This document shows, piece by piece, positions 1 through 11,348 of a DNA stretch of 44,909 nt. Below the pieces are notes generated by a model. That model searched no databases. It saw only the letters and a list, made by a program, of their open reading frames with translations, and had not been told where the DNA came from. This DNA is from Octopus bimaculoides (taxonomy: Eukaryota), in assembly GCF_001194135.2 (NCBI RefSeq), contig NC_068992.1:37397881-37442789 (forward strand). The letters are read 5' to 3'. Positions within the stretch are counted from its first letter, which is position 1. Every line of letters begins with the position of its first letter. Position numbers and translations under genes: made by a program.

Positions 1-895
1 ATAGGAGGGGGCTGAGAACAGAACCTTGGTGGACCCCTACCTCTACCTGGAATTCTTCACTGTACTCGTTGCCAACCTTCACCTTACTGACAGTGTCTCT
101 GTACATGGCTCGCACAACTCTCACTAACCATTCTTCTATCCCTAGTTCCTTCATTGACCACCAGATAAGGGATCGGGGGACACTGTCAAAGGCTTTCTCC
201 ATGTCAACGAAAACCAGGAACAGAGGTTTATCCTTGGTTAGGTATTTCTCCTGCAGCTGTCTAACCAGAAATATAGCATCAGTGGTGCTTTTCCCTGGCA
301 CGAACCCAAACTGCATCTCATCTAAACTGACTCTCTCCCTAATTAGTTAGGCTATGATCCTCTCCGTGACTTTCATTATCTGATCTAACAGCTTGATACC
401 TCTGTAATTATTTATATCTAAAGCGTCACCTTTACCTTTGTAGCAGTTGACTATGGTGCTGCTACACCAGTCATTGGGTATGACTCCTTCGTCTATCACC
501 TGGTTAACTATACGGGTGACTAGGCTATAGCCGACACTGCTAGATATTTTGAGCATCTCTGCAGTGATTCCTGATGGGCCAGGGGCTTTCCCTGCCTTCA
601 TACTGTTAATTGATTTATCTAACATGGTACTGTCAATTCGGATAGCTGGTCCCTCTGTTGGGTCGACATCTGGCAGACTCTCTTTCTCCCATTCATTCTC
701 TTTATTGAGCAATCTTTCGTAGTGGCATCTCCAAACCTCTTTCTTTGCAGCCTCATTTAGAGCAAGTGTACCATCATCCATGCGAACACATTTCTCTCTC
801 ACGACATCACGATTCTCTCTCACACACTGTCTTGCAACACAAAATACTTCAAGTCTTTGGTCCTCACGGCGCTGAACATTGGCAAACTTTTTCTA
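1..895 (-). mobile_element. RTE-clade LINE fragment (RT domain and upstream linker), 5'-truncated, running off the window start
   Basis: Minus-strand translation gives KAGKAPGPSGITAEMLK, NCYKGKGDALDINNYRGIKLLDQ, QFGFVPGKSTTDAIFLVRQLQEKY, DMEKAFD and HQGSVLSP, all typical non-LTR RT motifs. Closely similar to the copy at 31666-34985. Confidence 0.95.
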
Positions 896-898
896 ATC

Positions 899-901
<3 letters not shown>

Positions 902-972
<71 letters not shown>

Positions 973-992
973 GAGAGAGAGAGAGAGAGAGA
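902..992. repeat. Compound microsatellite (AT)n + (AG)n
   Basis: Directly visible. Confidence 0.99.
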
Positions 993-999
993 AAGAGAT

Positions 1000-2760
1000 T
1001 TACAATATAGAAAACACCAAATTTGCCAATTTCTTAGACGTCACTCTCGACTTAGATGCAAACCTATATTATCCTTTCCATAAATCCAGTCAATAACTAC
1101 AATATATCAACATTCTATCCAGTCACCCTACACTTAATGGTATAACCACCAGTGTTGTTGACACTCCGTCGCTTACGACGTGGAGTGTTCCAGTTGATTT
1201 GATCAATGGAACAGCCTGCCCGTGAAATTAACGTGCAAGTGCCTGAGCTCTTCACTGACATGTGTACCATTAACGTAGTTCTCGGGGATATTCAGCGTGA
1301 CATAGTGTGACAAGGCTGACCCTTTGAATTACAGACACAACAGAAACAGGAAGTAAGAGTGAGAGAAAGTTGTGGTGAAAGAGTACAGCAGGGTTCACCA
1401 CCATCCCCTGCCGGAGCCTCGTGGAGCTTTAGGTGTTTTCGTTCAAGAAACACTCACAATGCCCGGTCTGGGAATCGAAACCGCGATCCTATGACCGCGA
1501 GTCCGCTGCCCTAACCACTGGGCCATTGTGCCTCCACTATAATCACCAGTATCTTTATCAGAATCTCCAATTTATCAGCTAATGAAGACATCTTTAACAA
1601 TCATACCCCGTGTTATAATTAAGCTCTCCAGATCAGTGGTTCCGTGGAAAGATCTCTTATATCCCCAACACTAAACTTAATGCTAAAATTGCCTTCTCTT
1701 TCCCAGTACTAATCCTGAACCTGCCAGAGCTTCTTCCACTCATCCACACTCCAACAATCTTCAAAAAACTTCCCTACACATCACACTCACCAGCCCCACT
1801 GGCCACCTTGATGCTATAATGACTCTATGTTGCCCCACCCACTATATCTATGTGCTCTAAGCTCTCTAAGGGTAGGAAGCATGCGATCCTATTGTTCACA
1901 CAACCTTTTTCCCTCCAAGTTAAATCCATACCTAATATTTTCTTTAAAATTCTAAACTCTAATTTCTCACCACAACATAAATAAAATCATGTTAAAATCT
2001 ATTCCATTATGCCTAATTTAGGATCCATAGTTGCCTCCTGTAACAGATGCAAGCTTCATCACCTGTCCTTGGACCCTACAATCTATCCCACTGCACCTAA
2101 CCCCAACCCACCTAGTTGCAATAATATAACCCTTAGAAACCTCAACCATCTGAATAATACCAATCTTAATGCAACTCTGCATAATACTACCCATATGACC
2201 ACATATTCCAGAAGTGATCCCTCCTCCCAATTCAACACTGGTACTGATAATACTTCCCATTCTTCTTTACTGGTATCAGATCATATGAAACAGACCTTCT
2301 CAGTGATCAATACCAACTCCAGTGCAGGCAGGAAAATCTGCAACTGTTGGATGTCTCAACTCTGTCCTCTTCAAGGTTTCTCTCTACATAAAAATGTAGA
2401 GTAGTAAAATGCCAAGTAGTAAAATTACGCTCCCTCCAAGCAAGGATCTACATTGGCAGTACTGTTGATTTCATGTGCCATTACAGAGCACACATGAACT
2501 CTTTCTTCAATTCAACTTTTAAATTATCTACATCTTTAACAACTTATATACACAACCTCAACTCCCAAGACATTCCCTAAACCCAACCCTGGTCCATTGT
2601 CAGTGAGGCTCACTCATACAACACTAACTTTGGTGTTTGTAAACTGTGTTTAAGGGAATTGCTCACCATCCTTTCAACCACAACCCATCGTTATTTAACA
2701 GATTCTCAGATGTAATACTCTCGTGTAAAGTTACAATTTGGTTGCACTAGCACCATATCC
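1000..2760 (+). mobile_element. Degenerate Penelope-like retroelement (RT C-terminus + GIY-YIG endonuclease), interrupted by a SINE
   Basis: Frames read NFLDVTLDLDANLYYPFHK..YINILSSHP, then (after SINE removal) IRISNLSANEDIFN, VKIYSIMPNLGSIVASCN, CNCWMSQLCPLQG, YIGSTVDFMCHYRAHMNSF and AHSYNTNFGVCKLCLRELLTI. This is the motif order of Penelope RT/GIY-YIG proteins, with stops and frameshifts. Confidence 0.85.
1154..1537 (-). mobile_element. tRNA-derived SINE with 13-bp target-site duplication
   Basis: Minus-strand head GTGGAGGCACAATGGCCCAGTGGTTAGGGCAGCGGACTCGCGGTCATAGGATCGCGGTTTCGATTCCC carries A and B boxes. TSD is TATAACCACCAGT (1141-1153) / TATAATCACCAGT (1538-1550). Confidence 0.9.
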
Positions 2761-2961
2761 CTTTATCTAATACCACCCTTTCTACTAAATATTTTTTCTT
2801 AAGATTACTTTTGCACATTCCTCTTACCCAGCACATCCCCACCTTACAGCTACCTCATCCTCATACATTGAATTCTTTCCCCAACTTCTAGCTCCTCCTC
2901 AACCAAAATCACTTAGCATTCGCTGCTACTGCCTTCACTACTAACTTATCCATCCCCACCT

Positions 2962-2980
2962 CTCTCTCTCTCTCTCTCCC

Positions 2981-3047
<67 letters not shown>

Positions 3048-3048
3048 C
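2962..3048. repeat. Compound microsatellite (CT)n + (ATCT)n
   Basis: Directly visible. Confidence 0.98.
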
Positions 3049-3194
3049 TATCTCTCTCTTTCCACCTCCTTCTATTTACTCTCATACATTTCTACATACC
3101 TCAGCACTTTCCTTTCACCACAAACCTACCTTCATTCTTAAAATTCTCCCTTCACTACCCTGCTAGCATCTATAACTGGACCCTTTCCCTCCCT

Positions 3195-5206
3195 TTAACT
3201 ACCATGCAGTGATGCATCAGGTAGCCTGTGTACAACCATGGTAATTACGCCAATTACGGTTGAAACTTAGTGTGAAATAATGTTTGGTGTATATTTACAT
3301 CAATTGCTTCAAAGCAGGCATTGTTCATTTAATTGAACTGTATCACTGTGCAGGATGTAAGATAACTCAACAGCACAAGTCAGACAAACTTCATGTATCT
3401 GCTTTATACAATCACATTCTACAAGTTAATTAAAAAAATTAACTTTGGTGTGATGTCTCAAAACATGGTACCACGCACAACGACATGTTACAATCAGAAC
3501 AAAAGTATCTGGTCTCCTTTTATTTCTCTTTTGCTTTGAACACAGCACATCTATTCACCATATTTGCCTTCTAGGTAGTGAAAGCAAACATCTGTCCCTT
3601 CACTATGTAGTGAAGAGAGTGTCCAGCATGAGGACATCCACATCTTTAGTACCTTGGCAGATTTGATACTTCTATAATTTCATGAAATAGTAAATCTTGA
3701 AATTTTAATCCATCCCCAACACCTTCAAGTATCTGCTAAGTCAAATGAGAATTGATGATGCACATGTCAACAATATGCAAGAAAATTTTTTTATACCACT
3801 TCACAAATTTTCAGACCAATTTGTGTGTTGTCACCAGCTGATCTGAGCAATTGACCCCACCCATCTTTCCATTGTATAAAACAATCACACTCAATTCCAT
3901 TATTGTATTACCATCCGGATCTAGTTTTCTGGTGTTCTTCATGCTTGCTGAATGCATTGTGGACAACATGCAGACGTTTTTCATATCCCACTACACTAGA
4001 GTGAGAATGTCACTATTGATGCATCGGTATGCTGTTTCCCCTTTCCAAAGTTTTATCCAGTGGCATGTTTTCCAATGTATTCTCACTGTCCTACAGGCAT
4101 TGGTCCTCCTTGCCTACAGTTTCAGGAACAACTTTGGACTGGAGAACCAGTTGTTCATATAGATATATCCTTTGTGCATCAAGTCCTCCTCATTCAGCAA
4201 CATGACATTAGTTGATGCTGGAATTGATGCTGGAATATCAGATCTGTTCTCACCAGTGAAGATTTTTTAATTCTAAGTGTAGCCTGACACACTTTATATA
4301 CCTTGACTCCAAAGCAGGCATGTTTGGTTGGGTTGTATTGTTTGAATTTGAGCTTTCCCTTGAATTTCCATGAACTCTTGTCCATACAGATGTCCTGTGT
4401 AGAGATATACACTGTTCTGAAATTTTCAGCCACTTTGTCAATGATAAGACATATTTAGCATAGCCTATCATCTTGATTTTTGCCTGAGTTGAAATTGAGA
4501 TTTCTGAGGAGTGCCAAAAAACAATCATGTGGCATCTTTTCTGGAAAGAGAGGTGTCAATCTGGCTGGAGTGCATGTCTAGGGACATGCACTACTGCCTG
4601 CCTGTATCTTTGATTTACCAGAAAATCATCATCACTATCTGAATCATTTGATTGTGTACTAGGAAAAAATTCACTCTCAGAGCCATCATCTGAACCAGAA
4701 GAAACAGATGAGGGACAGAAGTATGGCAGAGGAGCTTGGTGTAGCTGGACATTACTGCAAATTGCATGACCATAAACCAGAGTTGTAGGATACAATGAGG
4801 CTGACAGAGCTAGAATGGTAGGATGTGATGAAGCTGGAGTGGTACACCATGATGACAAAGCTAGTGTTGTAGAACACAACTATAAATCATGTGCATGACC
4901 AGAACACGACTGTAATTTATAAGCAGGACCACAAGATTCAGTTACAATATAGGCTGAAGAACACAGCTGATATAGTAACAAAAGCTTAATCAAGTGTCTA
5001 AATATTTAGATGAAACATCTAAGTAGCCTATCAGTCAGCATACATTTAGGTTGACTGGTGCGATCGCAGGCAATAATGTATATTTACATCAACCGATACA
5101 AAGCACAAAGCAAGTACACAAATCAGGTGGTGTAAATTTACATCAACTGGTTTAAAACATGTAGACCGCATCTATAAATTTACATCAACCATTTTAAGTT
5201 GGTTAA
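3195..5206 (-). mobile_element. Degenerate piggyBac DNA transposon (transposase pseudogene about 3440-4900)
   Basis: Motifs: acidic N-terminus (SDDGSESE..SDSDDD), FKGKLKFKQYNPTKHACFGVKVY, KGYIYMNNWFSSPKLF, WDMKNVCMLSTMH, YNGKMGGVNCSDQ, KWYKKIFLHIVDMCIIN and a C-terminal Cys-rich domain (TRYFCSDCNMSLCVVPCF). TTAA occurs at 3195-3198 and 5203-5206. The TIRs are poorly matched, so the ends are tentative. Confidence 0.88.
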
Positions 5207-5727
5207 TACTTGCCCTTCCTTTTTCTCACTATCTCAATTTCTCTTAGTTCTATAGCTCTACCATCCCTAAATTGTAACATCTATTCACAAATCCAGAACC
5301 AAGGATCACTCTTCAAATATTACCCATCCCACCCATCCCACTTATCTCCCAACTCTCCACTTCTATTATTACTTCTCTTAATACTCTGATCATTCACCCC
5401 CTTCACCTTACTGAACTGACTCTCTTACTGCTTCTTGCTCTTCTTTGCATCAACATTCCCCATTGTCCCATTGAGCTACCTACTTCTCTCCACTACTGCT
5501 TGCCTTTCTCTTCACCCATTCTACCTTTAAATTTCCCTGCATTATGATCTGAAACGTTAGATTTTTATTTATTCACCCTGAAGACAGAGGCTTGTAACAT
5601 CATACCGTCTCTTCTGTGTCTCTATACTTTGTGTAAGTTTGCATTCTCTCTGTTTATATGTATACCATGTGTATATATATTTTGTATAGCAATCCCAAGC
5701 TGATTTATTTGTTTATTTGCATCATTT

Positions 5728-5728
<1 letters not shown>

Positions 5729-5790
<62 letters not shown>

Positions 5791-6069
5791 GTATATATAN
5801 NNNNNNNNNNNNNNNNNNNNNNNNNNNNNNNNNNNNNNNNNNNNNNNNNNNNNNNNNNNNNNNNNNNNNNNNNNNNNNNNNNNNNNNNNNNNNNNNNNNN
5901 NNNNNNNNNNNNNNNNNNNNNNNNNNNNNNNNNNNNNNNNNNNNNNNNNNNNNNNNNNNNNNNNNNNNNNNNNNNNNNNNNNNNNNNNNNNNNNNNNNNN
6001 NNNNNNNNNNNNNNNNNNNNNNNNNNNNNNNNNNNNNNNNNNNNNNNNNNNNNNNNNNNNNNNNNNNNN

Positions 6070-6112
<43 letters not shown>
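5729..6112. repeat. (CT)n and (AT)n microsatellites flanking assembly gap 5800-6069
   Basis: Directly visible. Confidence 0.95.
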
Positions 6113-6115
<3 letters not shown>

Positions 6116-6190
6116 ACTGATTAAGTAACCAAAAGATGTATTTGGAATTAGCCTTTATATTGTATGATAATCTTTGCAACTATCCTGGTA

Positions 6191-6487
6191 CAGTCTCTTA
6201 TGGGTGGGACTTCATGCATTATGCAGTATTGCATCCATTTTGCAGTCTGAGTCATATCAGGTGCATCCATACATAAAGTGGTATCTCACTAAAGATTTTG
6301 AGTTTGAGCAGTCATGTTGTTACTTGCCCGTCGATTCCTTAACTTGATGGGCAAGTAACAACATGACCGCCCAAACTCAAGATCTTTATCAAGACACCTC
6401 TTAATATATGGATATACGTAATGTGACCCAAACTGCAAAATGGATGCAACACAACATAATGCATGAAGTCCCACCCATAACGAACAG
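6191..6487. mobile_element. Palindromic (hairpin) MITE, Tc1/mariner/pogo type, TA TSD
   Basis: Arms of about 140 bp are inverted copies: TTATGGGTGGGACTTCATGCATTATG at 6198 matches its reverse complement ending at 6480. The loop is about 9 nt near 6335-6343. TA lies symmetrically at 6189-6190 and 6488-6489, and the left terminus is TA|CAGT. Confidence 0.85.
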
Positions 6488-6659
6488 TAGTAGGATAGGT
6501 TGAAAAGATTGTTGCACAAAATAAAGACTAATACCAAATCCATGTTCTCAATTACTATTATCTCAACTAACACTGCAGAATTCCTGAAGTAGCCCAAACT
6601 GTGCCAGTGCTTTACTCAACACATTAGCACACTAATCAACATGTACTCATTAGTCCAAA

Positions 6660-6663
<4 letters not shown>

Positions 6664-6733
<70 letters not shown>

Positions 6734-6750
6734 CATACACATATACATAC
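6664..6750. repeat. (AC)n microsatellite
   Basis: Directly visible. Confidence 0.98.
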
Positions 6751-6927
6751 ATTCACTGATAACCTATACAAAAATGACTCTTCAGAGTTTGTAGGAACAT
6801 GATATAACCTCTAAGAATGAAGTACATAAACTGCAAATAGTCAGTGTGAACATATTCTTTCGTCTTTTAATTGGTTTCAGCCAAAGTCTGTAACCATGCT
6901 AGGGTACTGCCATTATTGAAATAGCGT

Positions 6928-7098
6928 AAGGTGGTGGGCTGGCAGAATCATTACCACACCATTCAAATTCTGCCAAGATCGACTTAACCTTTCATCCCTA
7001 TGGGATTGATCAAATGAGTACCAGTGGAGCACTGGGGCTGAAGTAATCGACTTACTCCTCTTCACAAACTTTCAGGCCATATGCCAAAATTTGAAACC
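6928..7098 (+). mobile_element. SINE (family with central CCTTTCATCC...AGTACCAG..GAGCACTGGGG...GTAATCGAC block), internally deleted
   Basis: Shares the central block with 8885-9075 and 22429-22648. Confidence 0.75.
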
Positions 7099-7124
7099 AT
7101 TACTAAAATAGAGTAAAAAGCAAT

Positions 7125-7375
7125 TGAGCAAGGCACTTTATTTCACATTGCTCCAGTTCACTCAGCTGTAGAAATGAGTTGTGATGTCACTGGTACCAAG
7201 CCGTATCAGCTTTGCCATTCCCTTGGACAACATCATTGGTATGGAGGGAGGAGGGTGGTATGCATGGGCAACTGCTGGTCTTCCATAAACAACCTTGCCC
7301 AAATTTGTGCCTTGGAGGGGAACTTTCTAGGTGCAATCCCATTGGTCATACATGGCCAAAGGGGGTTTTCACACT
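7125..7375 (+). mobile_element. 5'-truncated SINE-like repeat
   Basis: Begins GAGCAAGGCACTTTATTTCACATTGCTCCAGTTCACTCAGCTGTAGAAATG, resembling conserved SINE central domains. The family is not confirmed within the window. Confidence 0.5.
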
Positions 7376-7388
7376 TTGCCCTATTTAC

Positions 7389-7430
<42 letters not shown>

Positions 7431-7434
<4 letters not shown>

Positions 7435-8697
7435 GTCTAGAATTGAAGGGCCTTAGAGTCAACCTAGCTAAAACCAAAATCCTAATAAGTAGGAAGGTAG
7501 ATAAAACACAAACCCCTTCAGGTAGATGGCTCTGCTCAGTATGTAGAAAAGGAGTAGGTAGTAACTCTATAAGATGTACCCGGTGCAAGCTATGGACACA
7601 TAAGAGNNNNNNNNNNNNNNNNNNNNNNNNNNNNNNNNNNNNNNNNNNNNNNNNNNNNNNNNNNNNNNNNNNNNNNNNNNNNNNNNNNNNNNNNNNNNNN
7701 NNNNNNNNNNNNNNNNNNNNNNNNNNNNNNNNNNNNNNNNNNNNNNNNNNNNNNNNNNNNNNNNNNNNNNNNNNNNNNNNNNNNNNNNNNNNNNNNNNNN
7801 NNNNNNNNNNNNNNNNNNNNNNNNNNNNNNNNNNNNNNNNNNNNNNNNNNNNNNNNNNNNNNNNNNNNNNNNNNNNNNNNNNNNNNNNNNNNNNNNNNNN
7901 NNNNNNNNNNNNNNNNNNNNNNNNNNNNNNNNNNNNNNNNNNNNNNNNNNNNNNNNNNNNNNNNNNNNNNNNNNNNNNNNNNNNNNNNNNNNNNNNNNNN
8001 NNNNNNNNNNNNNNNNNNNNNNNNNNNNNNNNNNNNNNNNNNNNNNNNNNNNNNNNNNNNNNNNNNNNNNNNNNNNNNNNNNNNNNNNNNNNNNNNNNNN
8101 NNNNNNNNNNNNNNNNNNNNNNNNNNNNNNNNNNNNNNNNNNNNNNNNNNNNNNNNNNNNNNNNNNNNNNNNNNNNNNNNNNNNNNNNNNNNNNNNNNNN
8201 NNNNNNNNNNNNNNNNNNNNNNNNNNNNNNNNNNNNNNNNNNNNNNNNNNNNNNNNNNNNNNNNNNNNNNNNNNNNNNNNNNNNNNNNNNNNNNNNNNNN
8301 NNNNNNNNNNNNNNNNNNNNNNNNNNNNNNNNNNNNNNNNNNNNNNNNNNNNNNNNNNNNNNNNNNNNNNNNNNNNNNNNNNNNNNNNNNNNNNNNNNNN
8401 NNNNNNNNNNNNNNNNNNNNNNNNNNNNNNNNNNNNNNNNNNNNNNNNNNNNNNNNNNNNNNGGCACATAAAAGACACCATTTCGAGCGTGGCCGTTGCC
8501 AGTATCGCCTGACTGGCTTTCGTGCAGGTGACATGTAAAAGCACCTACTACACTCTCTGAGTGGTTGGCGTTAGGAAGGGCATCCAGCTGTAGAAACTCT
8601 GCCAAATTTAGATTGGAGCCTGGTGTTGCCATCCGGTTTCACCAGTCCTCAGTCAAGTCGTCCAACCCATGCTAGCATGGAAAGCGGACGTTAAACA

Positions 8698-8739
<42 letters not shown>
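7431..8739 (+). mobile_element. RTE LINE 3' part spanning gap 7607-8462, ending in (GAT)n tail
   Basis: KGLRVNLAKTKILISRK and CSVCRKGVGSNSIRCTRCKLWTHK lie before the gap. After it comes the conserved 3' end GGAAGGGCATCCAGC...CCCATGCTAGCATGGAAAGCGGACGTTAAAC followed by (GAT)n. Confidence 0.9.
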
Positions 8740-8740
<1 letters not shown>

Positions 8741-8884
8741 GGGAGAGAGAGAGAGAGAGAGAGAGAAAGCAAGCAAGAGAGAGTAAGAAAAAGAGAGAGA
8801 AATATATATATATATATATACATATAAATTTTTTATCATCATCAGTGTTGTTATCATAATCATCATCATCATCCTTATAATTAT

Positions 8885-9075
8885 TAAGGCAGAAAGCTGG
8901 CAAAATCATTAGCACATGGGCAAAATGTTTAGTGGCATTTTGTCCATTTTTATGTTCTGGATGTTCCACCAAGATCAACTTTGCCTTTCATCTGTTTAGT
9001 GGTTAATAAAATAAGTACCAGCTGAGCACTGGAGTCGATGTAATCGATTTGCCCACACCTCTGAAATTGCTGGCC
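8885..9075 (+). mobile_element. SINE (same family as 6928-7098 and 22429-22648)
   Basis: AAGGCAGAAAGCTGGCAAAATCATTAGC head and GATCAACTTTGCCTTTCATC..AAGTACCAGCTGAGCACTGGAGTCGATGTAATCGA block. Confidence 0.8.
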
Positions 9076-9125
<50 letters not shown>

Positions 9126-9436
9126 TTATGTTTGACTTTTGTTTTGCATTTGTACAAGTTGGATCCAAGTCTCACCCAGAGACCTCAAGAGACAACAAGT
9201 TAGAAGTTCATGTAGGTGTTATGCCTAGGGTACCATATATTTGGATTTGTACAGTTTTGTTCAAGTGAATGTTTAAGAAACCATAAGAAAATTATGTGTT
9301 TGCTTTAAAATTTGAGATCACATAGACAGTATTTTACGTAGGATATGGGCAGTTCCCATGAGCACTATCTTTTGAACTTCAGCCATTTTGGGGTTTCCTG
9401 GAATCTGATCTAGGTAGTAATCAGCCCGTTTCGCTG

Positions 9437-9438
<2 letters not shown>
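9126..9438 (-). mobile_element. 3' end of an R4/Dong-type (restriction-like endonuclease) non-LTR element inserted in (TAA)n
   Basis: Minus-strand C-terminus YLDQIPGNPKMAEVQKIVLMGTAHILRKILSM* matches the IPG..QK..LLGTA.ILR motif of R4/Dong proteins. It is flanked on both sides by (ATT)n (9077-9125, 9439-9507). Confidence 0.75.
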
Positions 9439-9470
<32 letters not shown>

Positions 9471-9507
9471 CATTATTATTATTATTATTATTATCATTAT
9501 TATTATT

Positions 9508-9794
9508 ACACTTTCTTCTTGTACAACTGCATTATAGGTGCATCTTTGAACTGCTGGAGAACAGATCCCGTTTCTCAAATCAAACAGATCATTTTGCACA
9601 GCTTTCTTACAAGCTGTCCAACATAAGAGCTGTACCATTGGAAAGGTTTTTTTAAATAGCAGTAGTTATCTCTTCCAAAGAAGGATCTTCTGTAAGTTCC
9701 TGACTTGTAGTCATCTGAAGGATTTTAGAATTGGTAGTGGATTTTTGATTTAACACGGATTTAGCCCTACTTTTCAGAATTTCATCTTTGCTAC
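9508..9794 (-). mobile_element. BovB-like RTE LINE remnant, left part (split by the LTR element)
   Basis: Minus strand reads KDEILKSRAKSVLNQKST..PSLEEITTAI..QQFKDAPIMQLYKKK. It rejoins in frame with 18775-19045 once the LTR element and one TSD are removed. Confidence 0.75.
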
Positions 9795-10107
9795 TGTTGT
9801 AGTGAAAATAGGTACTCCCTTCCCAGACGCCATAAAGTCAGACAGTCAGCCATTGTAAAAGGTCAGTAGTAGTAGAATCATTGTACAAATTCTCAGTTGG
9901 AGTCACTGTCAGTTATGTGTTATATACAAGTTTGAGTTACCATCAAGGTAGACATTTCGAAGTCATTGTCTTAATAATATCAGTGATAGCATGAGAGACA
10001 AGTCAAAGATAATACAATGCGGAATACCACCACAACATGATAGTAGTGACAAGAATATTACAGTGCCAACAATAACATACAAGTGGACAAGGATCCACAT
10101 TATAACA
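9795..10107 (+). repeat. 5' LTR of outer Gypsy
   Basis: Aligns with 18443-18774. Starts TGTTG and ends TATAACA. Confidence 0.93.
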
Positions 10108-10108
10108 G

Positions 10109-10121
10109 TGGCAAGGAGGAT
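10109..10121 (+). promoter_or_regulatory. Primer-binding site of outer Gypsy (tRNA-Ser(GCU)-like)
   Basis: TGGCAAGGAGGAT lies 1 nt after the LTR and matches 11/13 to TGGCGACGAGGAT, the complement of the tRNA-Ser(GCU) 3' end as I recall it. Confidence 0.7.
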
Positions 10122-11348
10122 ATAAACAATTCACATGGACAATGCTGAAAAGAAAGAAAATTGTTTTTCATGAGAAAATAAACAATTCACATGGACGGCG
10201 TTTAAAAATTTTTTACAGAGAAATTAAAAACTCAATACATGAATAACAAACATTTTTGTTGTACATATTTTACAAAAAAATCCATACAATTATGGAAAAC
10301 TTGTTAGAGGATCGAGATGAGTTGCAAACAATCAGTGTTACAACAACAAATGCTACAAATAATGAAGTCGGTAACAAAACCATAAAATATGTTTTCACCA
10401 GACCATGTAGCAAATTCAATGAATGAATTTAAATATGACCCGGAAGAAGGAGTCACCTTCGAGGCATATTAGTGAAGATTTTGGATGGATGAAATGAAAA
10501 CGCATCTAATTCTGAGGAAACTGATGATAAAGCATAAAAATACTGTAACTCTATATTGCCTAAAAAGTTTCTGCCGTAAATTTCAAAGACACAATTCACA
10601 TTTTATGTAAGATGTTTAGTGAAAAACATCGTTATTCAACGCACATTGGAAGTGATAGAACACATATGTGAGTAGAGTGAATAGAGAGTGTGAGAGATTT
10701 AAACTGGATAAACTAACTCCAGACTCATTCAAGTGCCTGATTTTTGCTCAGAGACTTACTGCTAAAAAGAACACAGAAGTTAGAACAAAAATTTTTGCAA
10801 AGCTGGAAATGAACCAGGATATAACTCTCCAGAAACTGTCAGAAGAATGCAATAGGATATTAAAAGTAAGGCAAGACACAGAAGAAATCCAATGCAGAGA
10901 TTGTTTACAGCTAAAACCAGTGTGGATGAGTTGGAAGACGGATAAAGTGTTACACAAAAAACACGATATACAACAGGAGATAAACCCATGTAAGGTGGTA
11001 GGCACCTGAGAAAAGAGTGTCCGTTCATAAAAGCAAAGTGTTTTCTTTGTGGGAACACAGGACACATTAAATCATACTGCAGAACTAAGATGACGAAAAA
11101 TTTGACCACACCAAAAAAAAAAAAAAAAAAACTAAATAATTTTGTACAGCAAACAGAAAATTCATGAAGGTGAGATTCAAAACCACTAGTGTCAAAATAC
11201 AATTAGACATGGGTTGTGACATTACTATCATAAATGAAGAAACATGGTAACAAATCGGTAAGCTGAAATTATCTAAATCAAATAAAGTAGCATATGGTGT
11301 CACAGGAAAGAAATTATATTTCATCAGCAAATGTATTTGCAATGTAAC

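Noticed and set aside
2009-2404. 131-aa Asn/Thr-rich ORF as a novel gene
   Set aside because: It begins in the Penelope SCMPN-like motif and ends at its CNC..CPL motif, so it is the linker of the decayed retroelement.
5535-5600. GAAAC...CTGAAGA arrangement suggesting a hammerhead ribozyme of a Penelope pseudo-LTR
   Set aside because: I could not form stems II and III with the required pairing. A covariance-model search (Infernal, hammerhead models) would be needed.
5622-8632. Long ORFs (up to 419 aa) in the supplied track, also at 24260-25167 and 43706-44635
   Set aside because: They are open only because they run through N-gaps and microsatellites (X and YIYI/RERE runs), so they are not genes.
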